A stretch of DNA of 64,000 bases from Calditrichales bacterium (GTDB lineage: Bacteria > Calditrichota > Calditrichia > Calditrichales > J004): assembly GCA_965267575.1 (NCBI GenBank), contig OZ254086.1, positions 4,576,001 to 4,640,000 on the forward strand, in the 5' to 3' direction. Below, piece by piece: positions 33,101 to 40,633 of the stretch. Under the pieces are notes generated by a model. The model searched no databases, was not told the origin of the DNA, and saw only the letters and a list, made by a program, of their open reading frames with translations. The position numbers and the translations under genes were made by a program. The number at the start of each line of letters is the position of its first letter. Position 1 is the first letter of the stretch.

Positions 33101-34514
33101 TTTCCACGATCAGTGCCCGTCCCGACGCAATGTCGATTGTGCCCGTATTTACATGTGTCGCCGCCGCACCCTGTAGATGCAACGTATAATCAACATCCAG
33201 CAGGCCCTGGTTGTCCAGTTGGCCATTGAGATAGCGCTGGCCGTAGCCGCCCAACACCGTGATGCTGCCGCCAGCCGCGTTGGTAAGCGTGCCGTTAGTG
33301 ACGGTCAGGTAACTGTGGTAGGAGTTGCTGGCATAGCTGCTGGACATCTCGATCTGCCCGTTGTTGACAAAGCCGTTGTCAAAGGTGATCTGCGCCTGGC
33401 GGGTTGTTACCACGTTAACATCCAGCAGCGAACCGGCCTGTGTCGTCAGCTGGCCCGTCATGCTGTTGTTGTTGCGTTGCACATCGATGGTGCCATAATT
33501 GTCGATGCTCGCAGAGATGGTATTTCCCGCATAAAGACGAAGCGTACCGTTGCTGGTAAGCGTCGCCGGTGCGGCCAGTTCCGAATCCATGAAGGTCATC
33601 AACACATCAGGGAGAACCGCCACATTGAAGGTAGCCGTCGAGGCATCAAAATCGATGCGACCTGGTCCGTTGACCGTGCCGCCGTTGTAGGCAAACGAGG
33701 TGCTTTCCACGATCAGTGCCCGTCCCGACGCAATGTCGATTGTGCCCGTATTTACATGTGTCGCCGCCGCACCCTGTAGATGCAACGTATAATCAACATC
33801 CAGCAGGCCCTGGTTGTCCAGTTGGCCATTGAGATAGCGCTGGCCGTAGCCGCCCAACACCGTGATGCTGCCGCCAGCCGCGTTGGTAAGCGTGCCGTTA
33901 GTGACGGTCAGGTAACTGTGGTAGGAGTTGCTGGCATAGCTGCTGGACATCTCGATCTGCCCGTTGTTGACAAAGCCGTTGTCAAAGGTGATCTGCGCCT
34001 GGCGGGTTGTTACCACGTTAATATCAAGTAAAGAACCGCTTTGGCTGGTCAGCTGGCCCGTCATGCTGTTGTTGTTGCGCTGCACATCGATGGTGCCATA
34101 ATTGTCAATGTCTACATTGAGGGTGTTGTCGCGGGTCAGGATAATCGTTCCGTAATTCGTAACATTCACGTTGCCGTTAAGTGTCGTCCTCGAAAGGTCA
34201 AGTATACCGTTTGTGTTAATGACCGCTTCAGAAGCAACATCAATAATAAAATCGTCTGAGGAGAGCGTCTGTGTTCCGCTGGATGCACCCAGCTCAAGCC
34301 GCTCAATATTAACGTTTGCATCGACCGTAATCGTATAGCTTCCATCAAGCGTTACATAGGCGGTATCTGAAGCAGATGGGACGGCATTGGGCGTCCAGTT
34401 AGCCGGATCGTTCCAATTACCGCCATTTACATTGTTCCAGGAAATCTGGCCGGCAAAAAGTGAAGAAATGCTGCAGAAAACAAAAAAAACAATACTAAAT
34501 ATTGAGTGCCTCAT
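24174..34514 (-). CDS. Giant (3446 aa) secreted repeat protein, probable adhesin/surface protein
   Basis: Signal peptide; ~6.5 x 201-aa beta-rich repeats; 6 InlB-B/Flg_new-like repeats (TITATAGANGSISPSG); 3 YCF48/BNR-like propeller blocks; 2 ASH/choice-of-anchor-D-like Ig domains; SdrD/carboxypeptidase-regulatory-like domain; NYPNPFNP...RMLLLK. Confidence 0.9.
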   Translation of the reverse strand: MRHSIFSIVFFVFCSISSLFAGQISWNNVNGGNWNDPANWTPNAVPSASDTAYVTLDGSYTITVDANVNIERLELGASSGTQTLSSDDFIIDVASEAVINTNGILDLSRTTLNGNVNVTNYGTIILTRDNTLNVDIDNYGTIDVQRNNNSMTGQLTSQSGSLLDINVVTTRQAQITFDNGFVNNGQIEMSSSYASNSYHSYLTVTNGTLTNAAGGSITVLGGYGQRYLNGQLDNQGLLDVDYTLHLQGAAATHVNTGTIDIASGRALIVESTSFAYNGGTVNGPGRIDFDASTATFNVAVLPDVLMTFMDSELAAPATLTSNGTLRLYAGNTISASIDNYGTIDVQRNNNSMTGQLTTQAGSLLDVNVVTTRQAQITFDNGFVNNGQIEMSSSYASNSYHSYLTVTNGTLTNAAGGSITVLGGYGQRYLNGQLDNQGLLDVDYTLHLQGAAATHVNTGTIDIASGRALIVESTSFAYNGGTVNGPGRIDFDASTATFNVAVLPDVLMTFMDSELAAPATLTSNGTLRLYAGNTISASIDNYGTIDVQRNNNSMTGQLTTQAGSLLDVNVVTTRQAQITFDNGFVNNGQIEMSSSYASNSYHSYLTVNSGTLSNAGGGSITVLGGYGQRYLNGELDNQGLLNIDYTLRLQGSVATHSNTGTIDIASGQALSVENTSWQFDGGSVIGDGRIDFDASTATFNVAVLPDVLMTFMDSELAAAATLTNNGTVRLYAGNTISADIDNYGTIDVQRNNNSMTGQLTTQSGSLLDINVVTTRQAQITFDNGFVNNGQIEMSSGYASNSYHSYLTVTNGTLTNAAGGSITVLGGYGQRYLNGELDNQGLLDVDYTLHLQGAAATHVNTGTIDIASGRALIVESTSFAYNGGTVSGPGRIDFDASTATFNVAVLPDVLMTFMDSELAAPATLTSNGTVRLYAGNTISADIDNYGTIDVQRNNNSMTGQLTTQSGSLLDINVVTTRQAQITFDNGFVNNGQIEMSSGYASNSYHSYLTVTNGTLTNASGGSITVLGGYGQRYLNGELDNQGLLDVDYTLHLQGAAATHVNTGTIDIASGRALIVESTSFAYNGGTVNGPGRIDFDASTATFNVAVLPDVLMTFMDSELAAPATLTSNGTVRLYAGNTISADIDNYGTIDVQRNNNSMTGQLTTQSGSLLDINVVTTRQAQITFDNGFVNNGQIEMSSSYASHSYSTYLTVNSGLLTNASGGSITSLGGYGNRFLNASTDNQGAINVDYTLHLQGASNTHATSGTISIAANRVLILDDSNFSYDGGSISGEGRIDFSSTVATFNQPVLPEIEMTFSGSELASTQQLTNQDTLVLYENNTISAALDNADLIRVHRQSNSMTGAFTTQAGSALEIAVNTSRQAQITFDNGFTNNGQIEMSSGYASHSYSTYLSVTNGTLLNATNGVMISDGSYGYRYINADFENAGQLTMNFRTTFQGSVMRNLASGTIETHNGNNLTVSNAVFENEGNLYPGKIDDKGILNLSGNFLQPTSGAFTVDIEGLTAGSDFDQLNISANADLDGTLNINLLNGYQPAFGDSFQVLYYGTRTDTFETITGREIGNGLYLNPKYFSDHLTLVAGNPPATPVYEITATAGANGSISPSGIIEVDQGQNQTFAITPNSGYQVDDVLVDAASVGAVTSYTFNNVTADHTIEASFAVQTYTITATAGPNGSISPSGNVSVTGGTDQTFTITPATGYHVLDVLVDGSSVGPVTSYVFSSVIANHTIEASFELNTYTISAAAGANGSITPDGNVAVTHGDDQSFSITPNSNYEINDVVVDGSSVGAVSNYEFTNVTTNHSISASFSAITHTITTSTNPGGTVSPLGQNTVNQGSDFTVTIGANPGYSIDDVLVDGVSVGAVAQYTFSNVTTSHTLSATFSQNSYTITSSAGANGSIDPLGSITVLGGESQTFDITPDAGYHVDDVLVDGVSVGPATQYTFNTVDDDHTISASFALNTYSINAVAVANGSISPSGTVTVNEGDDQTFNISADVDYNIGDVFVDGVSQGAISSYAFTNVTQNHTISANFTPQNFDYSGLVTGVTVNIRGTWFVSENIGYVVGDGGLVLYTDDGGQSWTDYSVASGDDLYSVTVVNDTVWVTGANGHICYSIDGGLSWNYASPGGNTTFHAITFSGGFGWACGSDGLIYYWNGTSWVQQLNISGVTFHSIWAGDNVAYAVGTGGVIYNWNGSTWLQLSVSINVDLYGVYFLNSSFGYAVGANGTIYRTNDGGANWVALNSGVSVIIRNIIIGDANNAWAVGDGGLLLQTNDGGNTWEVIDLGINANFYGITLSGLQGYFVGGGGVAYRFESSALQGTPVFSVNPASIDFANTAVGYSNTRSLNVTNNGDGILEISAVQSGNSAFNVSPATASIAPSGNAVFNVTFSPAAGGSYSTDIEFSHNAAGSPCVVPVNGTGVETDLTFTAVNIGTTEFLHATVWLNAQIGYVAGANGTLYFTRDGGASWAQSVLGTGETIHAIRIIGNRLWIVGSNGLVCYSDDEGVSWVAVNVSTSATFYDITFINPFYGFAVGSSGVIYHWDGTSWTAQSTSVSVDFHSVYAVGSTAYAVGANGVICRWNGSAWVQQNTATTLDFNAVVFWDHDYGFAVGNDGLLCRTSDGGATWVGLSSGVSLDITAIRLFSRDRAWATCANGIVLETSDGGNTWVQISLGIGGRLAGIDFRGCLGFIVGQDGLAYSFNTPACGSLATGYTRLYPGSRQHLYGVSFIDAQNGCIAGWGGNVFITSDGGSNWTPSQTGTTTNLTGIRLVGNNTAFITGYDGLICASYDNGVSWVPFTLNTTAHFFDSYFLSASFGYAVGSNGTICVYDGTSWSAQPTNTSVTFYGVFAIGSTAYAVGANGTICRWNGTAWVPQTSNTNIDFYGVAFVNEKFGFAVGADGTLCRTRDGGKTWEPRPSGTDLDLYGCKVVSGKVAYCVGEDGIVLETTDCGETWHEVSPDIDVDLSGIDIPLADGFSVGELGEALRFENSVLSDVPVFSLASFSSTFDSVAVNDVFTQNVTVYNNGTGVLQLDDLYIDADSYTVSPENATLQPGDSLVVSLNFEPKYSGRIVSHVAFSHNSSCYLDSLKVEGCGYEAPGKIAGTVSVNGQGLAGVIVKLLDQQGLPIGDVADKETDAQGQYLFEEVVPDSYRVMIVEPMGYGVDLNPKETVLESGGCNIVDFALTELVVSNEARSKGYWKHQFDVYEKGKGKAQENENDLYLYIDEIHEHYTVHYDFFNGFTTFAQWQDVLTLKKNPSMRERALAQLAAFVMNLSSEKIGQHMVATEDERTVGDVLTHVSNLLEDSDTSNDEMAKDLAEDINLQRSIGAGIVPAGDILYKNGKFVQWGFGVPDKLALYPNYPNPFNPTTTIRYDLPQSAHVSLVIYNILGQKVATLVDGPQRAGKNRVVFDARSLSSGIYVYVFRSGGFTQIKRMLLLK
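28390..29709 (-). repeat. Six ~74-aa InlB-B/Flg_new-like repeats
   Basis: Recurring (Y/H).I...A..NG.I.P.G...V..G.DQ.F.I.P..GY.V.DV.VDG.SVG.V..Y.F..V...HTI.A.F. Confidence 0.8.
30290..34110 (-). repeat. Tandem 603-bp (201-aa) intragenic repeats, six well-conserved starts plus a degenerate seventh
   Basis: IDNYGTIDVQRNNNSMTGQLT recurs; shadow ORFs start 603 bp apart (31026/31629/32232; 33177/33780). Confidence 0.95.
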
Positions 34515-34562
34515 GGTGCCCTCCCCAATGACCTTTTATTGATATTTTGATCCTTAGTCAGG

Positions 34563-34577
34563 TCAAACGGTGTGCCA
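34563..34577 (-). promoter_or_regulatory. Candidate sigma54 (-24/-12) promoter
   Basis: Minus strand TGGCAC-ACCGT-TTGA (GG-N10-GA; non-consensus A at -12), 49 bp upstream of ATG 34514, with an AT-rich tract upstream. Confidence 0.45.
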
Positions 34578-35012
34578 CCAAAAGCTACAAAACCCTTTAT
34601 TAAATAAATTATAACTGCGTAAAGCAATTATTTATAAGCACTTAGGTGCGACTACTAACGCCTCCCCAATAACAAAGACCATTTTCGAAGTCTCAATTTT
34701 ACGACGGCAATTACATAGGTATTTGTCGCATAATAGCAACAGGTGCCGTTTGAAACCGCCCTTTAGCTTCCATCGTGCAACAAAGAAGAACACCCTTAAT
34801 AAGAAACAATGTTTCAGCAAGCTTTTTTCACGGCGTTTGCTGTCGCAAAAAGCAAATGTGACCGTCATCACACTAAGTTCCCGCCCAAAGTTAAACAGCT
34901 TTTTTTATTTGGACACCGCCAATGTTTTGGTATCTTGCGGGCCATCACACCTGCTTTTATATCTGATATGCTGCGGTAAAGAACGTTCATAACTTTCAGT
35001 GGGAGCTTTGTT

Positions 35013-35507
35013 ATGTATAACCTTAATCGACTTCTGTGGCTAATTGTATTTGTTTTTCTCGTAACACCGCTTCTGGCACAAAAGCAAGCGGAAATGATCA
35101 ACAAAATGTCTGAGGAGGCGGAAGTTATTGTTATTGGCAAAGTCTCCAAAACAGAATCTGCCTGGGATAAAACCGGCAGCAGGATCTATACAACGGCAAC
35201 TGTCAAAGTTGATGAATATCTAAAAGGTAATGACGACCCTTCTTCTGTTAAAATTGTTTATCCGGGGGGCGAAGTTGGTGCAGTCGGTGAGCTGTATTCA
35301 CATATGCCCTCTTTCGCAACGGAGGAGGAGGTACTCGTTTTCTTAAAAAAGAGGCCGGATGGAAAAGAATACAAAGTATTAAGCGGTGAAAACGGAAAGA
35401 TCGCTCTCGTTACCGACGAGAAAACGAATGAAAAAACTACCACCTCTAATATAAATATTGAAACGCTAAAAGCTCGTATAAAAAGTATTGTCGAAAAACA
35501 GCAATAG
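35013..35507 (+). CDS. Small secreted protein, putative companion/prodomain of the downstream metalloprotease
   Basis: Signal peptide; AEVIVIGKV...S.WD....IYT...V.VDEYLKG...PGGEVG......P.F...EEVLVFL; ends 30 bp before the next ORF. Confidence 0.7.
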   Translation: MYNLNRLLWLIVFVFLVTPLLAQKQAEMINKMSEEAEVIVIGKVSKTESAWDKTGSRIYTTATVKVDEYLKGNDDPSSVKIVYPGGEVGAVGELYSHMPSFATEEEVLVFLKKRPDGKEYKVLSGENGKIALVTDEKTNEKTTTSNINIETLKARIKSIVEKQQ

Positions 35508-35537
35508 CTTTCTTCAAACTACAATTTCGACAATTAG

Positions 35538-38500
35538 ATGAGGGTAAACATCATGAAACTTTTTCTCAGTTTAAGAACGATCCCGGTCTTTCTAATTCTT
35601 GCAATCTTGGCTCTATCAGATGCCTTTTCTCAAACCGGAAACAACGCTTTTCAGTTTAATGGCACAACCACACAGCTTTTTGTAATGGATGGATCACCCT
35701 TTAACAGCGATGCCAACCAGGAGGGATTTAGTTTTTTTAACAGCACGGCGGCTCAAAACCAGATCAGCGTTCAGGCCTGGATTTACTTAATAGGTGAAAC
35801 GCCGATTGACGTTGAGGTACCCGTCGTTTATCGTCGTGTCGCGGACGGGACGACATTCTCGATGTACATTAAAAATAACAGGGGTTACTTCACGGTAGAT
35901 AATTCTGTTGCGGTAGTAACATCTCAATTTGACGCTTTCGGCTGGGCGGAACTTAGCGGCACATACGATGGAAACACTCTAAAAATCTACCTGAATGGCA
36001 GGCTCGCGGATAGCCGCAATGTAAATATATCTGCGGGATACACCACCGATTCAGAAAGCGGTTTGTATATCGGCAAATCATCCGAAGGAGCCTTTAAAGG
36101 GGTAATTGATGAAATAAGGATCTTTAAAACCGCCCTCAACGACAATAACATTAACGGTTCCGGTGGCAACGGCAATCCCGCCGAGCCTTTCCCTTCATCG
36201 CTGAATCCTTTTCTTGCGGGGCAATGGTCATTCAACGAACTGAACACTGACGGCTCCTTACACGATTTGTCGGGCTTTAAAAACCATCTTTATGTGCAGG
36301 ATCTGGTTGATATTGTGCCGAGCAAAGATCTTAATTTTATCGTCGTTACTTCTGCGGCTGATGCCCCGGATAATACGCGCGGAGACGGTGACGCTTCGTC
36401 GTCAAACGGCGTCGTAACATTGAGGTCGGCATTGCAGGAAACAAATGCTTCCGCAGGTAAAGAAACAATCTTTTTTTACATTAAAAACGAGTCTCCTGTT
36501 ATCGAACCTTTATCGGAACTACCAGTCGTAACGGATCCCGTTTCCCTGGATGGGACTACACAGTCCGGGTATGATGGCTCACCGGTAGTAAACATTACCG
36601 GCGCTTACGGAAGTCTTACCATAGAAGCCGGTCATTCAGATTTACAGGGCCTTCATCTTAGCAGCACGGCCGGTTTCAGCCTAATTCTTAACTCGGGCGG
36701 TGAAAACAGCCTGTCTGGCAACACGATCGCCGGGATCCAGGTAAATTCGTCTAGTAACCACATTAATAATAATCTAATCATAAATTCGGTAACCGATGGT
36801 ATATCGATTACCGCGTCCGGCAACAATGTTGGTACAGTATCAGCAAACACGGTTTCAGGCAATGCCGGCTATGGCGTTGCAGAATCAAATGGCGGCGAAA
36901 ACCTGGTCCAAAATAACACCATTACAAATAACAGCGCCGGAGGTATTTTAGTCTCTGCGGGCAGCGGTACGTTTACAAATAACCTGGTGTCGGAAAACTC
37001 CGGTCCTGGTTTGCAATTGGATACGCCCGCCGATGCAGTTATTTCCAGTAATGAGATTTCTTTTAATGCAAACGGTGGTGTGCATATGACAAACGGTAAC
37101 GCCACCATTTCCAATAATAATGTCCGGGATAATTCAGGGGACGGTATCGCTTTAATCGCAGACAACCAAAGTCTTTCCGGCAATGAAATTCAAAATAATA
37201 CGGGCAATGGTCTCGTAATAAGCGGGACAGGCAACAGCGCCACTCAAAATACCATATCAGGCAATAGCGGTGGTGTGCGTGTGGCATCAGGTACAGCCAA
37301 TTCGATCCTAAACAACTCTATCTTTGATAACAATGCTCCGGGCATAGTACTGCTTGAAGGAGCCAACGATAATCAACCATATCCTGCTCTGCACCTGGCC
37401 TATTCCTGGAAAGATGACAACCAGCTGGCCGCCATAAAGGGTGGAAGTTACATCCAGGGTGAGCTGAGCGGAGAAGCCGGCACCGAATACAAGATCCAGT
37501 TTTTTGCCAACACATCGTCAGCGGTACGGGAAGGAAAACGGTTCCTGGCCGAAATAACCACAACGGCCGACATCAGCGGTTCCGCGGAAATAGCAGCCAA
37601 TTTAAAGGATATATCGGTTGAAGCGAACGAACAGATAAGTGCCACAGCCACGAGATTGGATGCTTCCGGCAATACGCTGAGTACATCGGAGTTTTCAGAA
37701 CCCATTGCCCTCAGCCTGGATGACGGAGATCATTATATTGTGAACAAAACCTTATCCGGCATTCCGCTGCACTGGAAGGAAGGCAAAGGCGACTTTCAAA
37801 TCGCGTCTTCTGTGGTGTCGCGCGGCTTTGATGACGCCGTTGAGCGGGGCTTTCAAACATGGTCGGCCCTGGAGCAGATTCAATATGACCGTAAATTTTA
37901 TGAGCCGACGGAAAAATGGGGTGGCAATGCCGATGGTGTTAACAACATTGTGTGGTTTCCTACAACGGAACAATGGGAAGACTCTACAGGCGCGCCCAGT
38001 AACGTCCTGGCGGTTACGCGCGTTCGCTACAACGCCTTAACGGGCGAAATGGTGGACATTGATATTGCCTTTAACGGTCAGCCTGTTTCGCTTACCACGG
38101 GAACGACATTCGAGTGGGCTGATAATGGCGATGAGGCGTATGTTGATGTTGAAAATGTCGCCACGCATGAAATCGGCCATTATTCCGGTCTGGCGGATTT
38201 ATATAATCCCGGTGATTTTAACTATACACCGGCCATGAAAAACAACAATCAGCCGGCCACGATGTATGGCCGTATTGATGTAGGTGAAACTTATAAACGA
38301 ACCCTCTATCCAGCCGGATACACAAACCAGGCTGACATAACCGACTATGATGTGGGCGGTATTAATAATATTTACAGCAATCTCGGGGATGTATATTACG
38401 ATATAGCTCTCGTTTTTGATGGTACCACAAATTTCACCTCAGAAGATGTTCTCAACGCCTTCTCTCCTTCCAAGAACGGCGCCCTGGAACTGGTGTATAA

Positions 38501-40628
38501 ATTGCGAGCCGGCGACCGTATCGGCTGGGTAAATGGCAACAACAGTGAACCGCTGGGCAATAACTTCAATAATAAGATTGCAGCATTAGCCGCGCTGGAG
38601 CCAAGCCACTCTTCTAACCTTGCAGACCAAATCGTCACAGCTGAGCAACTATTTTCGTCCGCTTCTACGAACAAGAAGATAATTATTCTCCTTAGCGCCG
38701 GAGAGATTTCGCCCTTTTCTTTAATAACCGACCTGAGCATCGATCCGGAAATACGGGTTTTTACGCTTGGTTTTGACGAGCTTACCGAAGGCCAGGAATT
38801 GATGAGCTGGCTGGCCAACGAAACGGGCGGTGAGTATTATGAAATTGCCAGCGCCACGGAAATACCTACGGCAATGAATATCATCTGGCTGCGATTGCTT
38901 GGTTTGCAAGTTTCTTATCTTTCCGAAGAGATCAGCAGCGAATTGTTTGCAGGAGGCCTCACCTGGCAAGGCGGGCTGACCTGGCAAGGGGGCTTAACTT
39001 GGCAGGGAGGATTATCCTGGCAAGGTGGATTGACCTGGCAGGGCGGTTTATCATGGCAAGGCGGGCTGACCTGGCAGGGTGGCTTAACATGGCAAGGAGG
39101 ACTGTCTTGGCAAGGTGGCACTTTGGAAATGGGACTTTCCTGGCAGGGTAGCGAATATTCTTTAGTGTTGCTGCCGCCCGGTATTTTTGTGACCGATCCC
39201 AATGGGACATTGCCACCGGAGGCCATTACCGAAGCCAATTATATGATGTCTCCGTATGACATAGAGTTTTTTAACGGTTATGATGCAGGACAAAACTATC
39301 CGTTTAAATTCTTCAGGATAAATAATCCGGGTTTGGGTGCCTGGACATACGCCATCCTGGAAGACGTTCCTCCCGATTCGACGGAACCTGTGCGGGTGTA
39401 CATGGCTAATGAAGCAGACCTGGTACTCGATTTTAAAACCAATCAGGAGCGCTATGTTTTAAACTACGATGAAAACAACGATCCGATCCCTGTTGAAGTT
39501 ACATTTTCTGCTACGCTTTTGCAGGGTGGCGAAACGTCGGGACTGGACGATCATACCAAAACCGTGGGCGAACCGGTTACCGATGCCCTGGTGGGAATCC
39601 AGGTATCTTCTCCAGACGGACAGCTCGTTGTTGGCCCCCTACAGCATGTCGGAAATGGCATTTATGAACTTACTTTGGAAACCACGCTCACCGGCAATTA
39701 CGATGTAAGCGTCATTGCTTCTGACAATAATGAAACCGTTGATGCCAACAATAGCCAGTATGTTATTACCACGGAACATTCATTTTTTATATCGCCTTTT
39801 GTGCAGCCAACAGAGCTGACCGGAAAGCTTTATATAGAACGGGCTCTTGCCTTGCTAAATGGCATAATGGATGAATATTGTCCTTCTAACAAGGATTGTA
39901 GTTTGGACAAAAAAACCAAAAGGGACATTAGCAATGCGATTTCCCTTATCGAAAGCGCTTTGGGGTATTTTGAACAAGACGGGGATCATCTAAAGAGCAA
40001 CAAAGGCCTGGATTTTTACGATAAGATTACTCAGGCTGTGAACGACATATACGCCTATATCGGTGATCCCGGCTATGGAATTTCTATAGACGAGTCCATA
40101 GAAAACCTCAAGCAAGGTTCTTATCAGTTAGCCGTCATCGTGCGGGATGAGGCTGAGGAAGACGGTGCCTGCCAGGAAGCTAACTGCGAACAGCTGATCA
40201 AGAACGCCAACACTGAGATCGGTAAAGCAATTGACGATTCCAAGCAGGATAATTACACCTATATTTTTAACCACCTTACCAACGCCTGGAAATTCTCGAT
40301 GAATGCTCTTGGTGCAAACCTGAAAAAAGGTCTGGCCGGATATAACAATTACTCATTGCTGCCGGAGACATTCGGCTTGGGGCAAAACTATCCCAACCCC
40401 TTTAATCCTGTTACGCGGATAGAATATCAGCTGCCCGAAAAAAGTCACGTTACTTTGAAGGTATATGATATGCTTGGGAATTTGGTAGCTACGCTGGTAA
40501 ACGGCGAAGTAAATGCGGGCTATCAAAGTGTAGACTGGGACGCCAGTGGATTAGCCAGTGGAGTATACATTTATAGGATTGTCAGCGGGCGGTTTAAGGC
40601 AAGCAAAAAGCTTCTGCTTATGAAATAG
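35538..40628 (+). CDS. Secreted multidomain metzincin: LamG, CSLREA-like, beta-helix, matrixin-like protease, VWA-like, GGL[TS]WQ repeats, C-terminal sorting domain
   Basis: FKGVIDEIRIF (LamG); TLRSALQETN; Asn/Gly-rich parallel beta-helix; HEIGHYSGLAD + ATMYG Met-turn; LA.ETGGEYY (VWA); NYPNPFNP...KLLLMK. Start may be ATG 35553. Confidence 0.88.
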   Translation: MRVNIMKLFLSLRTIPVFLILAILALSDAFSQTGNNAFQFNGTTTQLFVMDGSPFNSDANQEGFSFFNSTAAQNQISVQAWIYLIGETPIDVEVPVVYRRVADGTTFSMYIKNNRGYFTVDNSVAVVTSQFDAFGWAELSGTYDGNTLKIYLNGRLADSRNVNISAGYTTDSESGLYIGKSSEGAFKGVIDEIRIFKTALNDNNINGSGGNGNPAEPFPSSLNPFLAGQWSFNELNTDGSLHDLSGFKNHLYVQDLVDIVPSKDLNFIVVTSAADAPDNTRGDGDASSSNGVVTLRSALQETNASAGKETIFFYIKNESPVIEPLSELPVVTDPVSLDGTTQSGYDGSPVVNITGAYGSLTIEAGHSDLQGLHLSSTAGFSLILNSGGENSLSGNTIAGIQVNSSSNHINNNLIINSVTDGISITASGNNVGTVSANTVSGNAGYGVAESNGGENLVQNNTITNNSAGGILVSAGSGTFTNNLVSENSGPGLQLDTPADAVISSNEISFNANGGVHMTNGNATISNNNVRDNSGDGIALIADNQSLSGNEIQNNTGNGLVISGTGNSATQNTISGNSGGVRVASGTANSILNNSIFDNNAPGIVLLEGANDNQPYPALHLAYSWKDDNQLAAIKGGSYIQGELSGEAGTEYKIQFFANTSSAVREGKRFLAEITTTADISGSAEIAANLKDISVEANEQISATATRLDASGNTLSTSEFSEPIALSLDDGDHYIVNKTLSGIPLHWKEGKGDFQIASSVVSRGFDDAVERGFQTWSALEQIQYDRKFYEPTEKWGGNADGVNNIVWFPTTEQWEDSTGAPSNVLAVTRVRYNALTGEMVDIDIAFNGQPVSLTTGTTFEWADNGDEAYVDVENVATHEIGHYSGLADLYNPGDFNYTPAMKNNNQPATMYGRIDVGETYKRTLYPAGYTNQADITDYDVGGINNIYSNLGDVYYDIALVFDGTTNFTSEDVLNAFSPSKNGALELVYKLRAGDRIGWVNGNNSEPLGNNFNNKIAALAALEPSHSSNLADQIVTAEQLFSSASTNKKIIILLSAGEISPFSLITDLSIDPEIRVFTLGFDELTEGQELMSWLANETGGEYYEIASATEIPTAMNIIWLRLLGLQVSYLSEEISSELFAGGLTWQGGLTWQGGLTWQGGLSWQGGLTWQGGLSWQGGLTWQGGLTWQGGLSWQGGTLEMGLSWQGSEYSLVLLPPGIFVTDPNGTLPPEAITEANYMMSPYDIEFFNGYDAGQNYPFKFFRINNPGLGAWTYAILEDVPPDSTEPVRVYMANEADLVLDFKTNQERYVLNYDENNDPIPVEVTFSATLLQGGETSGLDDHTKTVGEPVTDALVGIQVSSPDGQLVVGPLQHVGNGIYELTLETTLTGNYDVSVIASDNNETVDANNSQYVITTEHSFFISPFVQPTELTGKLYIERALALLNGIMDEYCPSNKDCSLDKKTKRDISNAISLIESALGYFEQDGDHLKSNKGLDFYDKITQAVNDIYAYIGDPGYGISIDESIENLKQGSYQLAVIVRDEAEEDGACQEANCEQLIKNANTEIGKAIDDSKQDNYTYIFNHLTNAWKFSMNALGANLKKGLAGYNNYSLLPETFGLGQNYPNPFNPVTRIEYQLPEKSHVTLKVYDMLGNLVATLVNGEVNAGYQSVDWDASGLASGVYIYRIVSGRFKASKKLLLMK
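38952..39113 (+). repeat. Nine tandem 18-bp units encoding GGL[TS]WQ
   Basis: Read directly from the sequence; third codon positions vary between units; a degenerate GLSWQG follows at 39132-39149. Confidence 0.97.
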
Positions 40629-40633
40629 CCTAC

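Noticed and set aside
30290..34110. Diversity-generating retroelement TR/VR pair
   Set aside because: The repeats are tandem and in frame, differences are not adenine-specific, and no reverse transcriptase is present.
24321..34259. Numerous plus-strand ORFs up to 389 aa
   Set aside because: Antisense shadows of the GC-rich giant gene; they repeat with its 603-bp period.
38952..39113. CRISPR array or slippage VNTR
   Set aside because: No spacers and no cas genes; the units are in frame and synonymously diverged.
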